Below, one piece after another: positions 14,035-28,227 of a stretch of DNA of 64,000 bases; position 1 is the first letter of the stretch, and every line of letters starts with the position of its first letter. Source of the DNA: Octopus sinensis (Eukaryota); contig NC_043019.1 in the NCBI RefSeq assembly GCF_006345805.1, positions 10,167,360 through 10,231,359 on the forward strand. The letters are read 5' to 3'. The notes under the pieces were generated by a model. That model was not told the origin of the DNA and did not search any database. It worked only from the letters and a program-made list of their open reading frames with translations. Position numbers and translations under genes: made by a program.

Positions 14035-15020
14035 TATCATCATCATCGTCGTTTAACATCCGCTTTCCATGCTGGCATGGGTTGGATGGTTTGGCTGAGG
14101 ACTGGCAAGCTGGGAGGATGCACTAAACTCCAATCCGATTTTGCAAGGTTTCTACAACTGGATGCCCTTCCTAATGCCAGCCATTCCAAGAGTGTAGTGG
14201 GTGCTTTTTATGTGCTACCAGCATGGGAGCCAGTCAGGTAGCACTGGCATCGATCATGCTTGAATGGTGTTTTTACATGCCACCAGCACAGGTGCCAGTC
14301 AGGCAGCACTGGCATTGGCCACACTTGAATGGTGCATTTTACATGCCTCTGGTACGGGTGCTAGTCAGGTGGTACTAGCATCAGTTATGACTACAATTGC
14401 ACTTGGTTCAACAAGTCTTCACAAGCATGGCATATTACCTGACGATTGAAGGGTACATTTAAAAGGGCCAGTTATGCGACACTGGCTTCAGCCATAGCTA
14501 CAATCTTACCTGGCTCGTTGGGTCTTTTCAAGCACTGCATAATTCTCCGAAGGTCTTGGTCACTTGTCACTGTCTCTTTAAGGCCCAACATTCGAAGGTC
14601 ATGCTTCACCACCTCATCTCATGTCTTCTAAGGTCTACCTCTTCCACAGGTTCCCTCCACTGTTAGAATGTGGCACTTCTTTAAACAGCTGGCTTCATCC
14701 ATACACAACACATAACCATACTAGCGCTGTTCTCTTGCGCACCACATCTGATGCTTCTTACGACCAACTTTTCTCTCAGAGCGCTTACACTCTGTCGTGT
14801 ATGCACACTGACATTACACATCCAGTGGATCATGCTAGCTTCATTTCTTTCAAGCCTACACATGTCCTCAGCAATCACAGCCCATGTTTCACTGCTGTGT
14901 AGCATGGCTGTTTGCACACATGTATCATACAGTCTACCTTTCACTCTGAGCTAGAGGCCCTTTACTACCAGCAGAGGCAGGAATTCTCTGAACTTTGCCT
15001 TGGCTATTCTTATTCTTGCT
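14035..15020 (-). mobile_element. RTE LINE 3' end (C-terminal ORF plus 3' UTR with (GAT)n tail), diverged
   Basis: ERVAARIRIAKAKFREFLPLL..KGL and ORF 14681..14944 KGRLYDTCVQTAMLHSSETWAV... Same family as 43487-44570. Confidence 0.8.
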
Positions 15021-15033
15021 GCTACTCTCTCAG

Positions 15034-15074
<41 letters not shown>

Positions 15075-15689
15075 TGCTTATCCCCCACAATTGCTTGACA
15101 ATAGGGTTGGGTGTTGGTGTAGTTATGTTCCTGTAATTCAGTGATTTGGCAAAAGAGTTTGATAGAATAAGTATCAGGCTCTAACAATAGTAATGCTCCA
15201 GCATGGCTGCAGTTTAATGAGTGAAACAAGTGTAAAAGATAAATAAAAAAAGAATAAAAAAAATCTATTCCCTCAGCCATTAAGAGAAGAAGCTGTAGAG
15301 CTTGTTCTCTATTATTATCACAGTGTGATGTGGGTGTGTGCAAGATAGTGGCATCCACCAAAATGCATGTCAACATAAAGGCTAAATAAATAGCATCCAT
15401 TGCTAAATCTAGGGGTCACACTCTCCAATGTGTATGCATGTACAGACAGATGAGGCAGAAAAAGATAAAGTTGTTGTTTTAAACAGCATGCCTTATTTAC
15501 TAAGGAGAGGAAGCAGATGAAAAAAGTAGAAGGAGTTTCTATATATATATATATATATGGACTTGAATAGTAATTCTTGTATTATTATATGCATGATCCA
15601 AAAATTACAAGTTAAATATTCTGAAATACAGAAGTAAAAATAAACGCAAAAAACAGATTTATAATTCTCTCCTACTGCATTATTGTCAG

Positions 15690-16460
15690 ACACCAAGGGA
15701 TATGCTCAACTGGTTACGGTCAATCAACTGACAAACAAATATGTGGCATTGAGCAAACTGATATTCAGCAGAATATTTGCTGTAGCTCATCTTTTACACC
15801 AAGAAAAAGCCTGTACATGATAACACTTCCAATCAGTTAAGATCAGAAGCCATGAGAGCCAATGCCTGGTATTGCATCAGGGCATTTATTATTCTTATTA
15901 TTGTTATTGAGTGAGAGAGCAGTGCATGCCATCAAAGTGACACTGGGGTAAAACATACGAAGCCCAGTATACTCATCAGGACTACTCGTCTGATAAGGGT
16001 ACACTAGGCACATGCGTCACAACCATATGTGTGCAACATGGTGATCTCATATCAAGATAAACAGTGCCTGACCTTGTACGTGGGGCCCAGTTAGAATTTT
16101 CTTCTGGTCGAGTAACCCATCCTGCTCAAAAGGTCCCTGTTTAAGGATTGTTTAAGGATGTTGAATGAACCTCCCATGTTTCCAAAGGTGAATTACCCAA
16201 ACCCCAAAGAATTCCTCTCAACACGTGGCTATGATGCTCCCCCACTGCTTCTGCTCATGATCAGAGATGCACATATCGTCAGCCACAAAGGGACATGGTC
16301 AACTGGTTAAGGTCAAACAACTGACAAGCAAATCTGTGGTATTGAGCAGAATATTTGCTGTAGGCCATCTTTTATACCAAGACAAAACAATGTACATGAT
16401 AACACTTCCTGTCAGTTAAGATTGAAGCATGAGAGCCACTGTCTGGTACTGCATCGGGGC
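15690..16460 (+). repeat. Unclassified about 550-bp interspersed repeat with (ATT)n-like tail, preceded by an extra copy of its own 3' 200 bp
   Basis: 15690-15890 matches 16270-16460. An inverted copy of the unit lies at about 33785-34255. Confidence 0.7.
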
Positions 16461-17659
16461 ATTTATTATTATTGTTGTTGTTGTTGTCGTCATCGTCATC
16501 ATTTCTATTGTCATTGTTGCAATTATCTGTGTAATTCATATTACTATAATTAACCTTGGTATTATATTAAGCCTTGTTATTGTCCTTTTTATTCTTAATA
16601 TAATTAATATTATTAATGTTGATGTTATGATTTTCACTTTTTCAATCATTCCTACAGATATTATCATAATCAGTACTATTTGTTGCACAGTTTCTATGAT
16701 AGACATTTTTCATACCAGATAGAGTCAGAATGGTTATTCTTACGTCACTTATTAGGTTATTACCAGTATTTATACCATGGTTATTACTCAGCTCATGCAC
16801 TTTTGTTTGACCCAATTCTATATTCTTGCTACTAGTAAAGTTATTTCTTATACTATTTCCTGGCTAAGTTTCCCATCATTCTGTTTAAAAATACTGTACG
16901 TTTAGTTGTGTGACTACATACGATAATTTCAACATGTGTCTGTGCAAGACTTGGAGAAATATTTATCCAATGTGTTAAAAAAGGCCTGAACAATTTTGGA
17001 TGATATCTGGATTCCAAATACAGGGTTATACCACAAAATACCCCTGGTACCAGACTTACCTTTAGAATGTTTACTGTTGTTATTACATCATTTACATTTA
17101 TATATTGTGGAATTTCCATTATTTTTAACATTTTTTCCTCTTCCGTATTGGTTTGCTTAAATTTTCTGCACAATGCAATTGCGTTATATCTTTATTTACA
17201 TTAATGTTTCCTTTAATCTTATAAATTTCACTATTTATATCATTGCTCAAGGAGGATTTCTTTCCTGTATTCATACAGTTCCTATTACTTTGTTCTTACC
17301 TTCCCTACTCATTGTGTCCCTCTTATCTGTGTATTTCACATTTCTATGCTTATTTATTTCCTGTTTTTTTCCATTGTTCCTATCCATTCTTACTATCCTA
17401 TGTAACATTCTTTTTCTTCTTATATGGTTCCATATTCATACTCTCACAATATGCTCTCACTCATTCATCAACATATATCTAATTATTTCACTCTATCCAG
17501 CTCTAGCTAGTGTGATATTATAGAGTATTCTGTAAGTGAATTAAAAATGCTTTCATTCATTGAGAGTCATGATATCTTATGAAACACACTGCTAACTATT
17601 GCACCTATGTTTGAACATGGATGATGTGAGTATCTGTTAAAATATCTCAAGTTTCCATT

Positions 17660-18560
17660 GGGTTTGTGATATGATGCATATAAACCAGTATTCAAGTCCA
17701 TTCATATATCAAGGGAATTAGCTAATAAGTAATCATTTTCTATCATTATGGATAGTTTAAATGTTTTAAAGAACTTAAATAGTCTTTTTTCCCTATTTCT
17801 TTCTGGTCCTTCTCTACCACACCTATCTAAAGTGAAGAGAACATTACCTCTATAAAGACCTTCCACTAACTTAGAAAACCATGACTCTATTCTGGAAAAG
17901 AATATAAATACTGACAAGGTTTGTGACTTGCACTGAGTCACTAGACCCCATTGTAATGTCAAAATAATCTATTCTGTCCTTATGAATCTAGAAATTTTCT
18001 TCATAGTTTATTCAAGTTTTAAGTACACCTAGAATGATGTCAGCATTACTTTTAGATAAAGTAGATTTCTTCATGGCAAATATCAGAACCTTATTTAGCA
18101 GTATAGGATTTATAGAAGAGTAGTAGTTTGATATATCAAGCAGTATAAATTTTTGTATGTTCTTTATTCTATAAGTTTTGAAACCATTTGATAGCCTCAA
18201 CTCTATCTGACCATAATGTAAGTTTGATTTTATATTTCAGATTAGATAATACTTTGTTTATAATATTCTTATTAATCCTACCTATATCAGATGTGGAGGG
18301 GCATATGAATCTAACTTTAGATTCACATTCAAAATTATGATTGTGATCCTTAAGGTTAATTCTAGTTTCTTTTTAGGTGCATATGGCTTGGTTCTATCAT
18401 CTAACTCTAGTTTGGATTCTATGTCTAGACTTTTTATTGATTTTTGTAAGTATGAAATTAGGGACATTCTTATAATAACTGCATAGTTATTTCTTAAGTA
18501 AATTATTGTAGTATTCAATACTAATATATAAGCTACCAGTTTTGTTAGCTGGCACTAAGA
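17660..18560 (-). mobile_element. Penelope-like element, reverse-transcriptase relic
   Basis: LDISNYYSSINPILLNKVLIFA, GLYRGNVL...GPERNREKRLFKFFKTFKLSIMIE...LDI. These resemble degraded PLE RT motifs (FDI..FYPSI, GLYRDDGL, GP..ER..K). Confidence 0.65.
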
Positions 18561-18817
18561 TTCCCAATGCTGTTTTTGGTCTCTTTAGAATTTGTCTCAA
18601 TTTCTTCTAGTACTGGTTGTGTTTTAAAGGAAATTTTGTAAATCTTACATTACAAATGATGCTTTCTCTCCCCTCTTCATCTTATTTTTGGACCAGTTGA
18701 TTTTGTGTTAAACCATTTTTTAACACCAAGAGAAAGAAAAAGAACATGTATCTCTAACAACTTTATGAACTTCAGTGTTGGTTAGAATCCTAAATGACTT
18801 TTCTCAGTCAGATTGTA

Positions 18818-18885
<68 letters not shown>

Positions 18886-19094
18886 GTGTTTATCTCGAAC
18901 GCTACTCATGTGAGTGACAGCTAACTCAAAAAAGCTTGCTTCCAAACCACATGGTTTTGGATTCAGTCCCACTACATGGCACCCTTGGGCAAGTGTCTTC
19001 TTCTGTAGCCTCGGGCCAACCAAAACTTTTTTGTGCAAGTTCAAAAAGTTCAAAGAAGAGATGGAACCCTTTTGACAAGAAGTATCAATCAGCA

Positions 19095-19131
<37 letters not shown>

Positions 19132-20339
19132 ACATGAAGAAAATATCTAGAGATATGTTCAGCATGGAAGCTAAATGGTAATAGCATTAAAATTGTTGAG
19201 GAGATAAAAATCATTTAGCTTCATAATTAATTCTGGTCAAGAAGGGCAAGGGAAACAACCTCTAAATTAAAAGTAAAATGTTACAATGCAGTAGGGAGTG
19301 AGTCTGATGTGTGATGAGAACCCCAAACATGTTTCAGCCATACTTCCTTGGTGAAGTTTATTTGTTACCAGTATTGCCAAACAAAGATCTCTCTCTCTTT
19401 CACACACACACACTAAATACAAAATTCATTCACTATCAAATGAGCATACATATACTCACGTGCACACATAGATGTACACATACTCACAAATTCACATCAC
19501 ATCACACATATATGCATACTCACATCTTTATACACACACTCATTCCTGCATACACACACACACACTCACAAAAGTACTCAATACATCTTGTATTTATTCA
19601 ATGGAAGCTGATGATTCATCTCATTGCTATTCATAATTTCTAGCTGTCTATGACTTTTCAGGGAGTGGAAAAATGAATAACTTTGGGGAAGTAAAGGCAT
19701 GAGTTATCAATTCATTTGACTTACATTGCTCTGGCACTTGGCAACATAGCACTGGCAAGCTACTGGTAGGTTAATCTAAGAGGATTTCCATAGAAATGGT
19801 CACATGTTTTGATTCAGAGCTAATTTACACAGTAACTGTTATCTAATTAAAAGATAATAAAATTCCAGTTTTATCTCCACACCATTGTTTACTCTTGTGA
19901 CTCAGGTGTTAAGATAAGCCAATGATGGATCTGATGTGTAGTTGCTCAAACCACTAAGAAAAGCAGCCCTGTCTCTGGCAAATCACATTCCAGCATCGTA
20001 AAAGAAATTTCAGTGTATATAGGGCCACATTATCCAACAGAGGTGTCTAATCTATGTCCGGAAAATAAAATGGCTGGGAAGCTGAAAATAGCAGCTAAAC
20101 TTCTCTCAAATCCTAAATCCTACATTATCATCTTAAAATCAGAAGGATATAGTGAACACTGTAGTCCTAGTTATACTTCTGAATATAAAAGATGAGTTGC
20201 TTACAATTCGAATGACTTTGGTCATAAGTCCACTCACTGCATGCTGACCTAAACTAAATAACACCAATACCTACAAGGGCTACAGACCAAATCTGTGGCT
20301 GGTTCAAAGTCCTGGCTAGGCTGAGGGTGAGGTGGTAGT

Positions 20340-22380
20340 TGAACAAGGAGGTAGACAGTGCTACAAAAGCAAAGAAATGGGCCTGGGAAGACAGGGAAAT
20401 TGGAGAGAGTTATGTTGAATATAAAAGCAAATATATAAAAACAGAGAATTATGTCAGGTAGCTACAAGGGAAGCTAGGTGACACACCTTTACATAGTAAA
20501 AGGAGAAGTAGAAAGCTGGAGATTTGCCAATATTTTATGGTGTGAGGATCAGAAGTGTGAGGTGTTCTGGATTGCAAAGCAGTGCACCAGAGATGTGAGA
20601 GAGGTTGTAGTGAGAAATATGTGTGACTGGATAATGGTATGCTTGCACTTTGTGATTCTGAGAAGAATAATGCATAGAAGTGCCGTTGTTAAAGGGTACT
20701 AAATTTGGAGAATGCATCGAAGAGGGACCAGCCATCAATGTTGACAATGATAACGATGATAGATAAATTAATTAAGGATATGAAGTCAGGGAAAGTCCCT
20801 GGACCCTCAGGAGTCATTGCCGAGATGCTTAAAATATTTGGTGCATTAGGATTCATCCTTGTCACTTGTTCACTTGTTTAGTAAATCAAGTTACCCAGGA
20901 AAAGTTCATTGCCAATGACTGATGTAGTAGCATTATTGTTAGTTGCTACAAGGGTAAAGGAGATGCCCTAGACAGAAACATTCACAGAGGTATCAAACTG
21001 CTGGACCTGGTCATGAACATTCTGGAAAGCATTATAACCCAATTGATAAGGAATAGAATTAGACTAGGTGAGATGCAGTTTGATTTTGTGCCAGGGAGAA
21101 GGACTATGGATGCCAAGGTTCCTAGTAAGGCAACAACAAAAGAAGAAGTATCTAGCTAAAAGTAAACCATTGTACTTAGGCTTTTGTCAGCCTGGAGGAA
21201 GCCTTTGACAGAGTTGCTTGCTCTGTCATCTGGTGGTCTCTAAGGAAGTTAAGAATAGATGAATGGCTTATTAGAGCCATACAAGGTATGTATAAGGATG
21301 TTTTTAGTGGGGTGAGAGTTGGCTATGAATAGAAATGAAACTAGTGTACAAGTAGGAATTCACTAGAACTTGGTTCTCAGTCCTTGTTATTCATTATAGT
21401 CCTCCAGGCCAACACAGAGGAATTTTAGGCTAGCTGCCCATGGTAACTATTAGATGCTGATGACTTCACTCTTAGAGCAAAATTGGAAAAATTTTGCTAT
21501 AAGTCAATTAATAAAAACTGGAATCAAAGGGTCGTTAAGTTAAACCATTGAAGACCAAAGTTAGCGAGTGAATAAGACCTTCTTTCTGTCAGGTAAATTA
21601 TCCTGCTCACCATGTAGGAAAGGTATTGGAAGGAATTTCATTCATTGTATCCAGTGCAAGCTAAGGGCACACAAGAGGTGTATGTGGCAGATACTCATGA
21701 ACAATAATCTCTTAGGACAGACAAGAATTAGATTTTCTCAAATGCTCAGGAGGCTCCTTGGAGGTTGTAGATAGTTTTTTTTTTTACTTAGGTGACCAAT
21801 TTAGCAGTGAAGGAAGGTGTTCTGAAAGTATAATTCTCAGAATAAGAACAGGCTGGAGAATGTCCAGAGAGCTATTTCCTCTTTTGGCAACAAAGGGCCT
21901 CACTCTTTCAGAGTAAAAGGCAGATTGTATGATGGTTGTGTATGAATGATTATGTTTGATGATAGTGAAATGTTGGCCTTGAATGCAGAGTATGTACGAG
22001 GACTGATGAGGAATTAAGCTAATTAGCTCTGATATATGTACAACAGTGTGTATGTGCGGCAAAATGCAAATGTGTCAAGAGAAAAGATAGGCATAACAGG
22101 AATCAGATGTACCATGCAAGAAGACTCTGATAGTTTGGACATGTGATGCACACGAATAAAGAAAGCTGTATAAAGAAGCGCCAATTACTTAAAGTGGATG
22201 GCACCTCTGGAAGTGGGAGACCCAGGAAGACATGGGATGAAGTAGTGAGAGCTGATCTCAAGATGTTGAGCCTCATAGAGGAGATGGCACTGGACTGAAA
22301 TGTCTAGTGATATGCGATTCTTGAAAGACCTACCCACCTCAGTGAAACTCAGTTCTGGATGTGTGGTATAATTCATCTGA
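20340..22380 (+). mobile_element. RTE LINE, about 2-kb degraded RT and C-terminal region
   Basis: Fragments of K.GK.PGPSG..AEMLK, CYKGKGDALDR...RGIKLLD, EMQF.FVPGR.TMDA, ADD and [11 protein letters not shown], with many stops and frameshifts. Confidence 0.8.
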
Positions 22381-23503
22381 ACATAGCATTAATTTACATA
22401 CCCATCCTAATGAACCAAACAACATTAATTCATGCACTATTCTTATTTCCCCATCACCATTCCTGCAGCCTAATGCTGCCTTGTCATCTCTCCTTCCTGT
22501 CCTCCCCCCACTTCTCTGCTTACTGCATCGTTGCTATCTTGCCATTCCCCTATACACTTGTGTTTCACCACTCACTGCATTCTGCTACTCCTCACTTTGC
22601 CCCCTTTGCACTCTTGTGAACTCCCTGCTCACTCACTCTGTCCAGTCCTCTACCACTTCATTTATATTGACCTCCTTGTATCTTGAGGGTATGCCCTGGT
22701 ATATCAATACCGTCTTCTCTCTCACTCTCTCTCCCCCTCAAACTGGGGTAACCATGTATCCCCTGCTACAGAAAGGCATCTGTTTCAGCCCCTTTATCAT
22801 AGTTCAACTGCTCATCACCTGACACAAAGCCACCTTCCTCAATATCAGTCTCACTCTCAGTCGAGGGGTCTTTGTCTAGCTGCTTGGTGACCTCACCAGT
22901 GCTGATGCCATGTATAAAGTACCCAGTACCCTCTGTAAATTGGTTGGTGATAGGAAGAGCATCCAGCTATAGAAACCATGCTGAAGCTGACTGTCGAGCT
23001 TGGCACAGTCCCCAGGCTGGTCTGCTCCTCTCAAACCATCCAAGCCATCCATGCCAGCATGGAGAAACAGACTTTAAAGGATGATGATGTATACACATGA
23101 GTTTGTGTGTGTGTGTGTGTTCATGTGTTTATGGATATATACTTATATAAAGTAGATTGTATGTTACAAGCTTTGGCATCGAAGCAAATGGTGGTCAAAT
23201 ATTAAATGACATCTGTCAATATCAAAACAATTTTAGCAATAAATAGTTGAAAAAATACATTATATATTATAGAATATATGAATTACGTGTGCTTGGCCAC
23301 ATGTGTGTGTGATATACATGTAGGTGTTGTAAAAATATTTTGTGTAGTGTGATACTGTTGGTTTGTTTGGCAGCCTGTTCGAAGGACTGTTCCAGTGCTG
23401 AGTAGCAGACTTAGCCTGGCGCCTAGTTTAATGTCCCGTTTGGTTGATGGATGCCTTTAGCAGTTTGATCAGTGAGAATAACTTTGTCTTTTCCTCTCTC
23501 CAG

Positions 23504-23672
23504 ACTTGGAGGCCATAAAAATGATTATAGGGCAGTGCTCTCCCTCCCCTGATTAAGTGATCAAAATGGAGCAGGTTTATGTTGGTTGACTGCACACTTT
23601 GGACTGGCAGTTGAATATGATCAAGTATAGGCCACCATGTACACCCTCATCACTAACAGTAAATTATTTATG
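23504..23672 (+). other. Candidate alternative exon of the ABHD3-like gene (169 nt) with an in-frame ATG
   Basis: Acceptor tttgtcttttcctctctccAG at 23503; donor ATG|GTAAGT at 23672/23673; gccaccATG at 23637 gives MYTLITNSKLFM in phase 0 with exon 2. No transcript evidence. Confidence 0.35.
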
Positions 23673-23901
23673 GTAAGTGAATCGTATGAGCAGCAATACA
23701 ACTCTGACAGCCACCCCATTATTATCTAATATGTTTATTATTTATATGGAAACTAAAATATAGGAGTAGTTATTCAGCATCATAGGTTATTAGTGTTATG
23801 AATGATTGACAACAGTTGTTATTTGTTCAATATTTAACTGTCTACTTTTAGCATGCACCTCTGTTGGTTGTTTAATGGACTAACCTTTTCAGACCAGTCT
23901 T

Positions 23902-23933
<32 letters not shown>

Positions 23934-23994
23934 TTGAACTGTTGCATTATTGAACTGGAATTTATTCTTTAGTTGGGTCACTTATCAGTCAACC

Positions 23995-24033
<39 letters not shown>

Positions 24034-25350
24034 GTATGATCTTCCCTAATATAGTGGAGACAATAATAGCTATTTCACTGTCAACAAAGGCATGCACTTA
24101 GTCCTGTTTTCTCTCGGTTCTGCTTTTGTTTCAATAATTTCATGAATCGAATCATATATTCCAAATTATAAGAAAGTGTGTCAGTATGCCTTTGTGTCAC
24201 ACACACACACACATACACAAAAAACGCAAACACAGATACATACACTCACATACATACATATACTCATGCACACACATATGTGTGCACATGCATACATACA
24301 CTTCATGGTTGGTTAAATGAGCTGCGAAAATGTAGGGTTATGAAGTACCTCTTGAGCTATCTCACCTGGGACTATTCAACTTGTCTTAGTGCCTTCAGAA
24401 ACCATCCTACTTATGCATGGAAGATGAACGTTAAATGATGAGGATGATGATATATGTGTGTGTGCACGTGCGTGTGTGTGTGTGTGTGTGCGTGTGTGTG
24501 TGTGTGTGTAGTTTTCCTCATCAACACTTTATGTCCATATTTTGATACTGGCATGGGTTACTTACACAAGTCTGCTTTTGGGCAGCATCTCAACAATTGT
24601 CACAGTCATTTGTCATTTGGTACATAATGCAACAGAAAAAACTGCCTATCCTTGCTGCTGTATCTGTCATGGTCTTTGGTATGTTTTTATGAGTGGATAT
24701 TCTTCCTTTTTCCAATGATTTTATAGTATAGATTGGCTGTATTTTATCATGCTTTGAGCACCAGAGGCTCGTCTTCCAAAATAAAAGGATCTCTACTCTG
24801 TTAACTGTTATTCAGCATTACAGCTCTCCTAGATGGGTTGCTTTCCTCTGGCTTATAAAGTCCTCAACTTTACTATGCACTTTTGGACAGAACCATTTTG
24901 GACTGCTATTTTACATCAACATGTTTCTATCAAGTGAAGTAGTGACATTTCTCTTGAATTCTTAAGTTCAAATCCACTGTTGGTGCTTTATTGGATTTCT
25001 GGACATAACACTTAGACTGCATTTGCTTAAGTACCAAATCATTCTGGTTTAATCTCCTACAGAATAATCTGGGCCAGTCTTGGACTATAGTCTACTAATC
25101 AGTTTACAAATTTGTTGTTAACAAATAACAAATGAATGCAGTATAGTCTCAGACCTTATTCTATCAGTTGTTTCGGTCTGATACCTTACAATTTGATTTA
25201 GAAAGGGATTCAAATTAAAGACTGAATGTGACACCTTGTGTATACAAAAACCCTATTTCAATGAAGAAACTGCTATAAAGTTGCTTGACTTGCTAGAAAA
25301 GGCAACCACATTCTACCATCTTAACTAAAAGATATATTAGATAATTTTTA

Positions 25351-25601
25351 AAGTTTATTTCTATAGATTTTCTATAGAATTCACAGCCAATATTGCAAGT
25401 TACGATGTTTCGTATATGAATACACCTATTTAAACAATGTAATCAAAGAGAGAAAAAATAAGTGGTAGGTGTATATGCATATTTCTAGAGTTATTGCTCA
25501 TTTTTTATATTTTTGCATTGTTCACAGAGAACATTTTCATATACAAAACATAATTTGCTCTTCTGGCTCTGAATTCTATAGAAAATCTGCAGAGGTAAAC
25601 T
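25351..25601. mobile_element. MITE-like element with about 65-bp imperfect terminal inverted repeats
   Basis: tctatagattttctatagaattcacagcc...gtttcgtatatgaa pairs with ttcatatacaaaac...ggctctgaattctatagaaaatctgcaga. Confidence 0.6.
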
Positions 25602-26195
25602 GAAAAGTGAGAAATTTGCATTGCTAACATAAAAATAAGACAAAATATTGACTTGTACACTTTTAATATACTTGGTGATATATTATAGTTGCAGAACGAA
25701 AGACTGTCTTTGTCAGCAATTAATATTGGATAATGTGGTTCTTGACATATAAAACGACAGGATGTTCACAAATGAAATGCTTTTGATCATGGAGCTGATC
25801 TGGGGGCTAAAAAACAGCTTCAACATGTCTGATCCTTATTAAATTTATCACACACAGGATATTCATCAGCAGGTGGACATCTTCCTCAACCAACACAAAT
25901 GTTCCCCAACATCTTTTGACTTGCATGTTTATGAAGAATAGTCATTTAGTTTGTTAAAAAGTTACCAATTAAGTTTAAGTGAAGTGATATTAGCAGATAT
26001 TAGCAAATACTAAACAAAATAGAAATATTATAAGAAAACAAGAATTTCAGCTGAAGAAATCATTAAAAAAAAAAAACCAGATCAAATAACCAAAATATGT
26101 TTTATTGATTTCAGACTTTTGTTGTTGAAATGCATTTTTGTGGCTGAAAGGAAACAAATTGTGATGTATGGATTAGCAATGACTCATCATCATCA

Positions 26196-26234
<39 letters not shown>

Positions 26235-26479
26235 TTATTAATTTGTTTGTTTTGTTCTTAGTATGAAAAGAGTTCACATTTTAGGGGGTTGAGTAAGGCA
26301 TGGCAAGTATTGGAGCTCCCATTCCTTTGCTCAGCATCATGTTTTCAGGACAATGTTTCTTTTTAGGATATTGATTTCTGATTTTTTAAAGTGTTTATGG
26401 CTTTTTTGTTTTTATTTGTTCTATTTCTTTTTGTTAGCTTGTTTCTTAGGATTCAAGAATGGTAAAAATGGAAATGAAA

Positions 26480-26740
26480 TACAGGCGTTTCCCATGTCAT
26501 GAAAGTGTTGGATTCCTGAAAAATCTTGCTGATGTTGTAATATGGAATTTCATAACAAACCTATTTTCCTATTATCTTTCCTGTTAATATAGCATGAAAA
26601 TCAAAGCAAAATAGGTTTCTCATTAAGGAATTTTGCATTTGGAAATCCGTGGGAAAATAGGTTTTGCATTGCAGAATTTCATTTTGCAGCAAGATTTTCA
26701 AGAATGCAACACTTTTATGAGGTATGAAATTTCCATATAT
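26480..26740. mobile_element. MITE-like inverted-repeat element
   Basis: catgaaagtgttggattcctgaaaaatcttgctg pairs with cagcaagattttcaagaatgcaacacttttatg; inner aaacctattttcc pairs with ggaaaataggttt. Confidence 0.55.
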
Positions 26741-28227
26741 TTCCTATTCTCTGCCTCTTTCTTACTAATGTAGCTATTGTCTACATTGTACAAAGGCATT
26801 TGTATAGACTATCTTTCTGTGTATTTAATTTTATTCAGAGAGAACTGTACTCAATAATTAATTAACCGCTGATACAGTAGTGCTAAGATCAATGAACTTT
26901 TGAGTGCATTAATGAGGCTAAAAGTCCCTTTTATTGTTCAAATAAATTTTATGAATATTTCAAAAACCCATTAGTTATCTTTGAATTATATTGTTAGCCT
27001 TTTTAAAATGTCCAGCTGGTAATGTTGGTTCTCAGACAAAGGCAGTGAGCTGGCGGAATTGTTATCCTGCTAGGTAATATGTTTAGCAACATTTCATCTA
27101 TTTTTATGTTCTGAGTTCAAATTCTGTTGACGTTGAACTTTGTCTTTCATCCTTTTGGGTCAGTAAAATAAGTACCAGTTGATTACTGGGATTGATGTAA
27201 TCAACTTATCCCCTTCTCTAAAATTGCTGGCCTTGTGCCAAAATTTGAAATCAATAATTTGTTCTCAAACATTTTCATTCTTGTATTAGTTTCAGTCATT
27301 GGACTGTGGCCATACTGTGGCTCCACCTTTCAGTGTCTCAGTTGATCATACCATCTGTCTATTAAATGGCATTTAATGTAAAAAGAGGAAACTTAGTGAA
27401 CACTCTCTCCTTCTTCTCTCCCCACTTCTCTTTGTAGTTACTGTCCCCTTTGGCAAGTTGTCAGCACTGTTGTTTGCAGGGTGTCTCCTTTATTGACACA
27501 ACTGATGCTGCATCCCATAATGTTTCCTTTCTATTTAGCATAGTTTTTACAAACAGATACCAACTGCCATTTCCTAGTTTGGACTTCTAGGATTTTATCA
27601 AACCAGTGTCAGAAGACAAGTTGACTGTCGTGTGCATTTGGAAATCTGTGTCTCTATATTGTAAATACAGTATTTATATAGTGCTGCTATGACCAAGTAG
27701 TTAAGAAGTTTGCTTTGATTAAGAAGTGCTCTTTAACATTGCCTCCAGTTTTAGTGCAAACATTGTGAATGAAATTAGGTGGATTGAAAGTGCATGGAAG
27801 CTCATCATCAGATGGATTATAATTACAAGTGACAATCTTGTCACATTGATCTTGCCTGAGAATTATGTTAAGGGTATATGTGTGTCTCTGCAATATACAT
27901 CCACTTACATATTTGTCTGTCTGTCTGTCTCCTGTAAGTTCAAATAATTTCTCGAGTTTATGTGTATCTGTATTTATCTTTGTCAAAAAGGGGCCTAACA
28001 ACATCTGCTTGTCCTTGAGCGAGGTTTTCACTTGAAAATTCACCCTTTAACGGTGAATTTTCAGATTTTCAGATTTTATTTTATGATAAAATATTTTCAT
28101 CTGTCTGGAAAAATGGACAGTCCTTCAAAGACTGCCAGCATCCCTGCATACTGATGCAAGCTTGCTTTCCAAACAAGTGGGAAGGAAAGGTAGGATCCAT
28201 GTGGCAAATGAATACATTCATTAAACA

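Noticed and set aside
16429-17523. Hydrophobic membrane-protein-like ORFs (16429..16722, 17173..17523)
   Set aside because: They arise from T-rich (ATT/GTT) low-complexity strands, probably antisense to a decayed element. No family motif.
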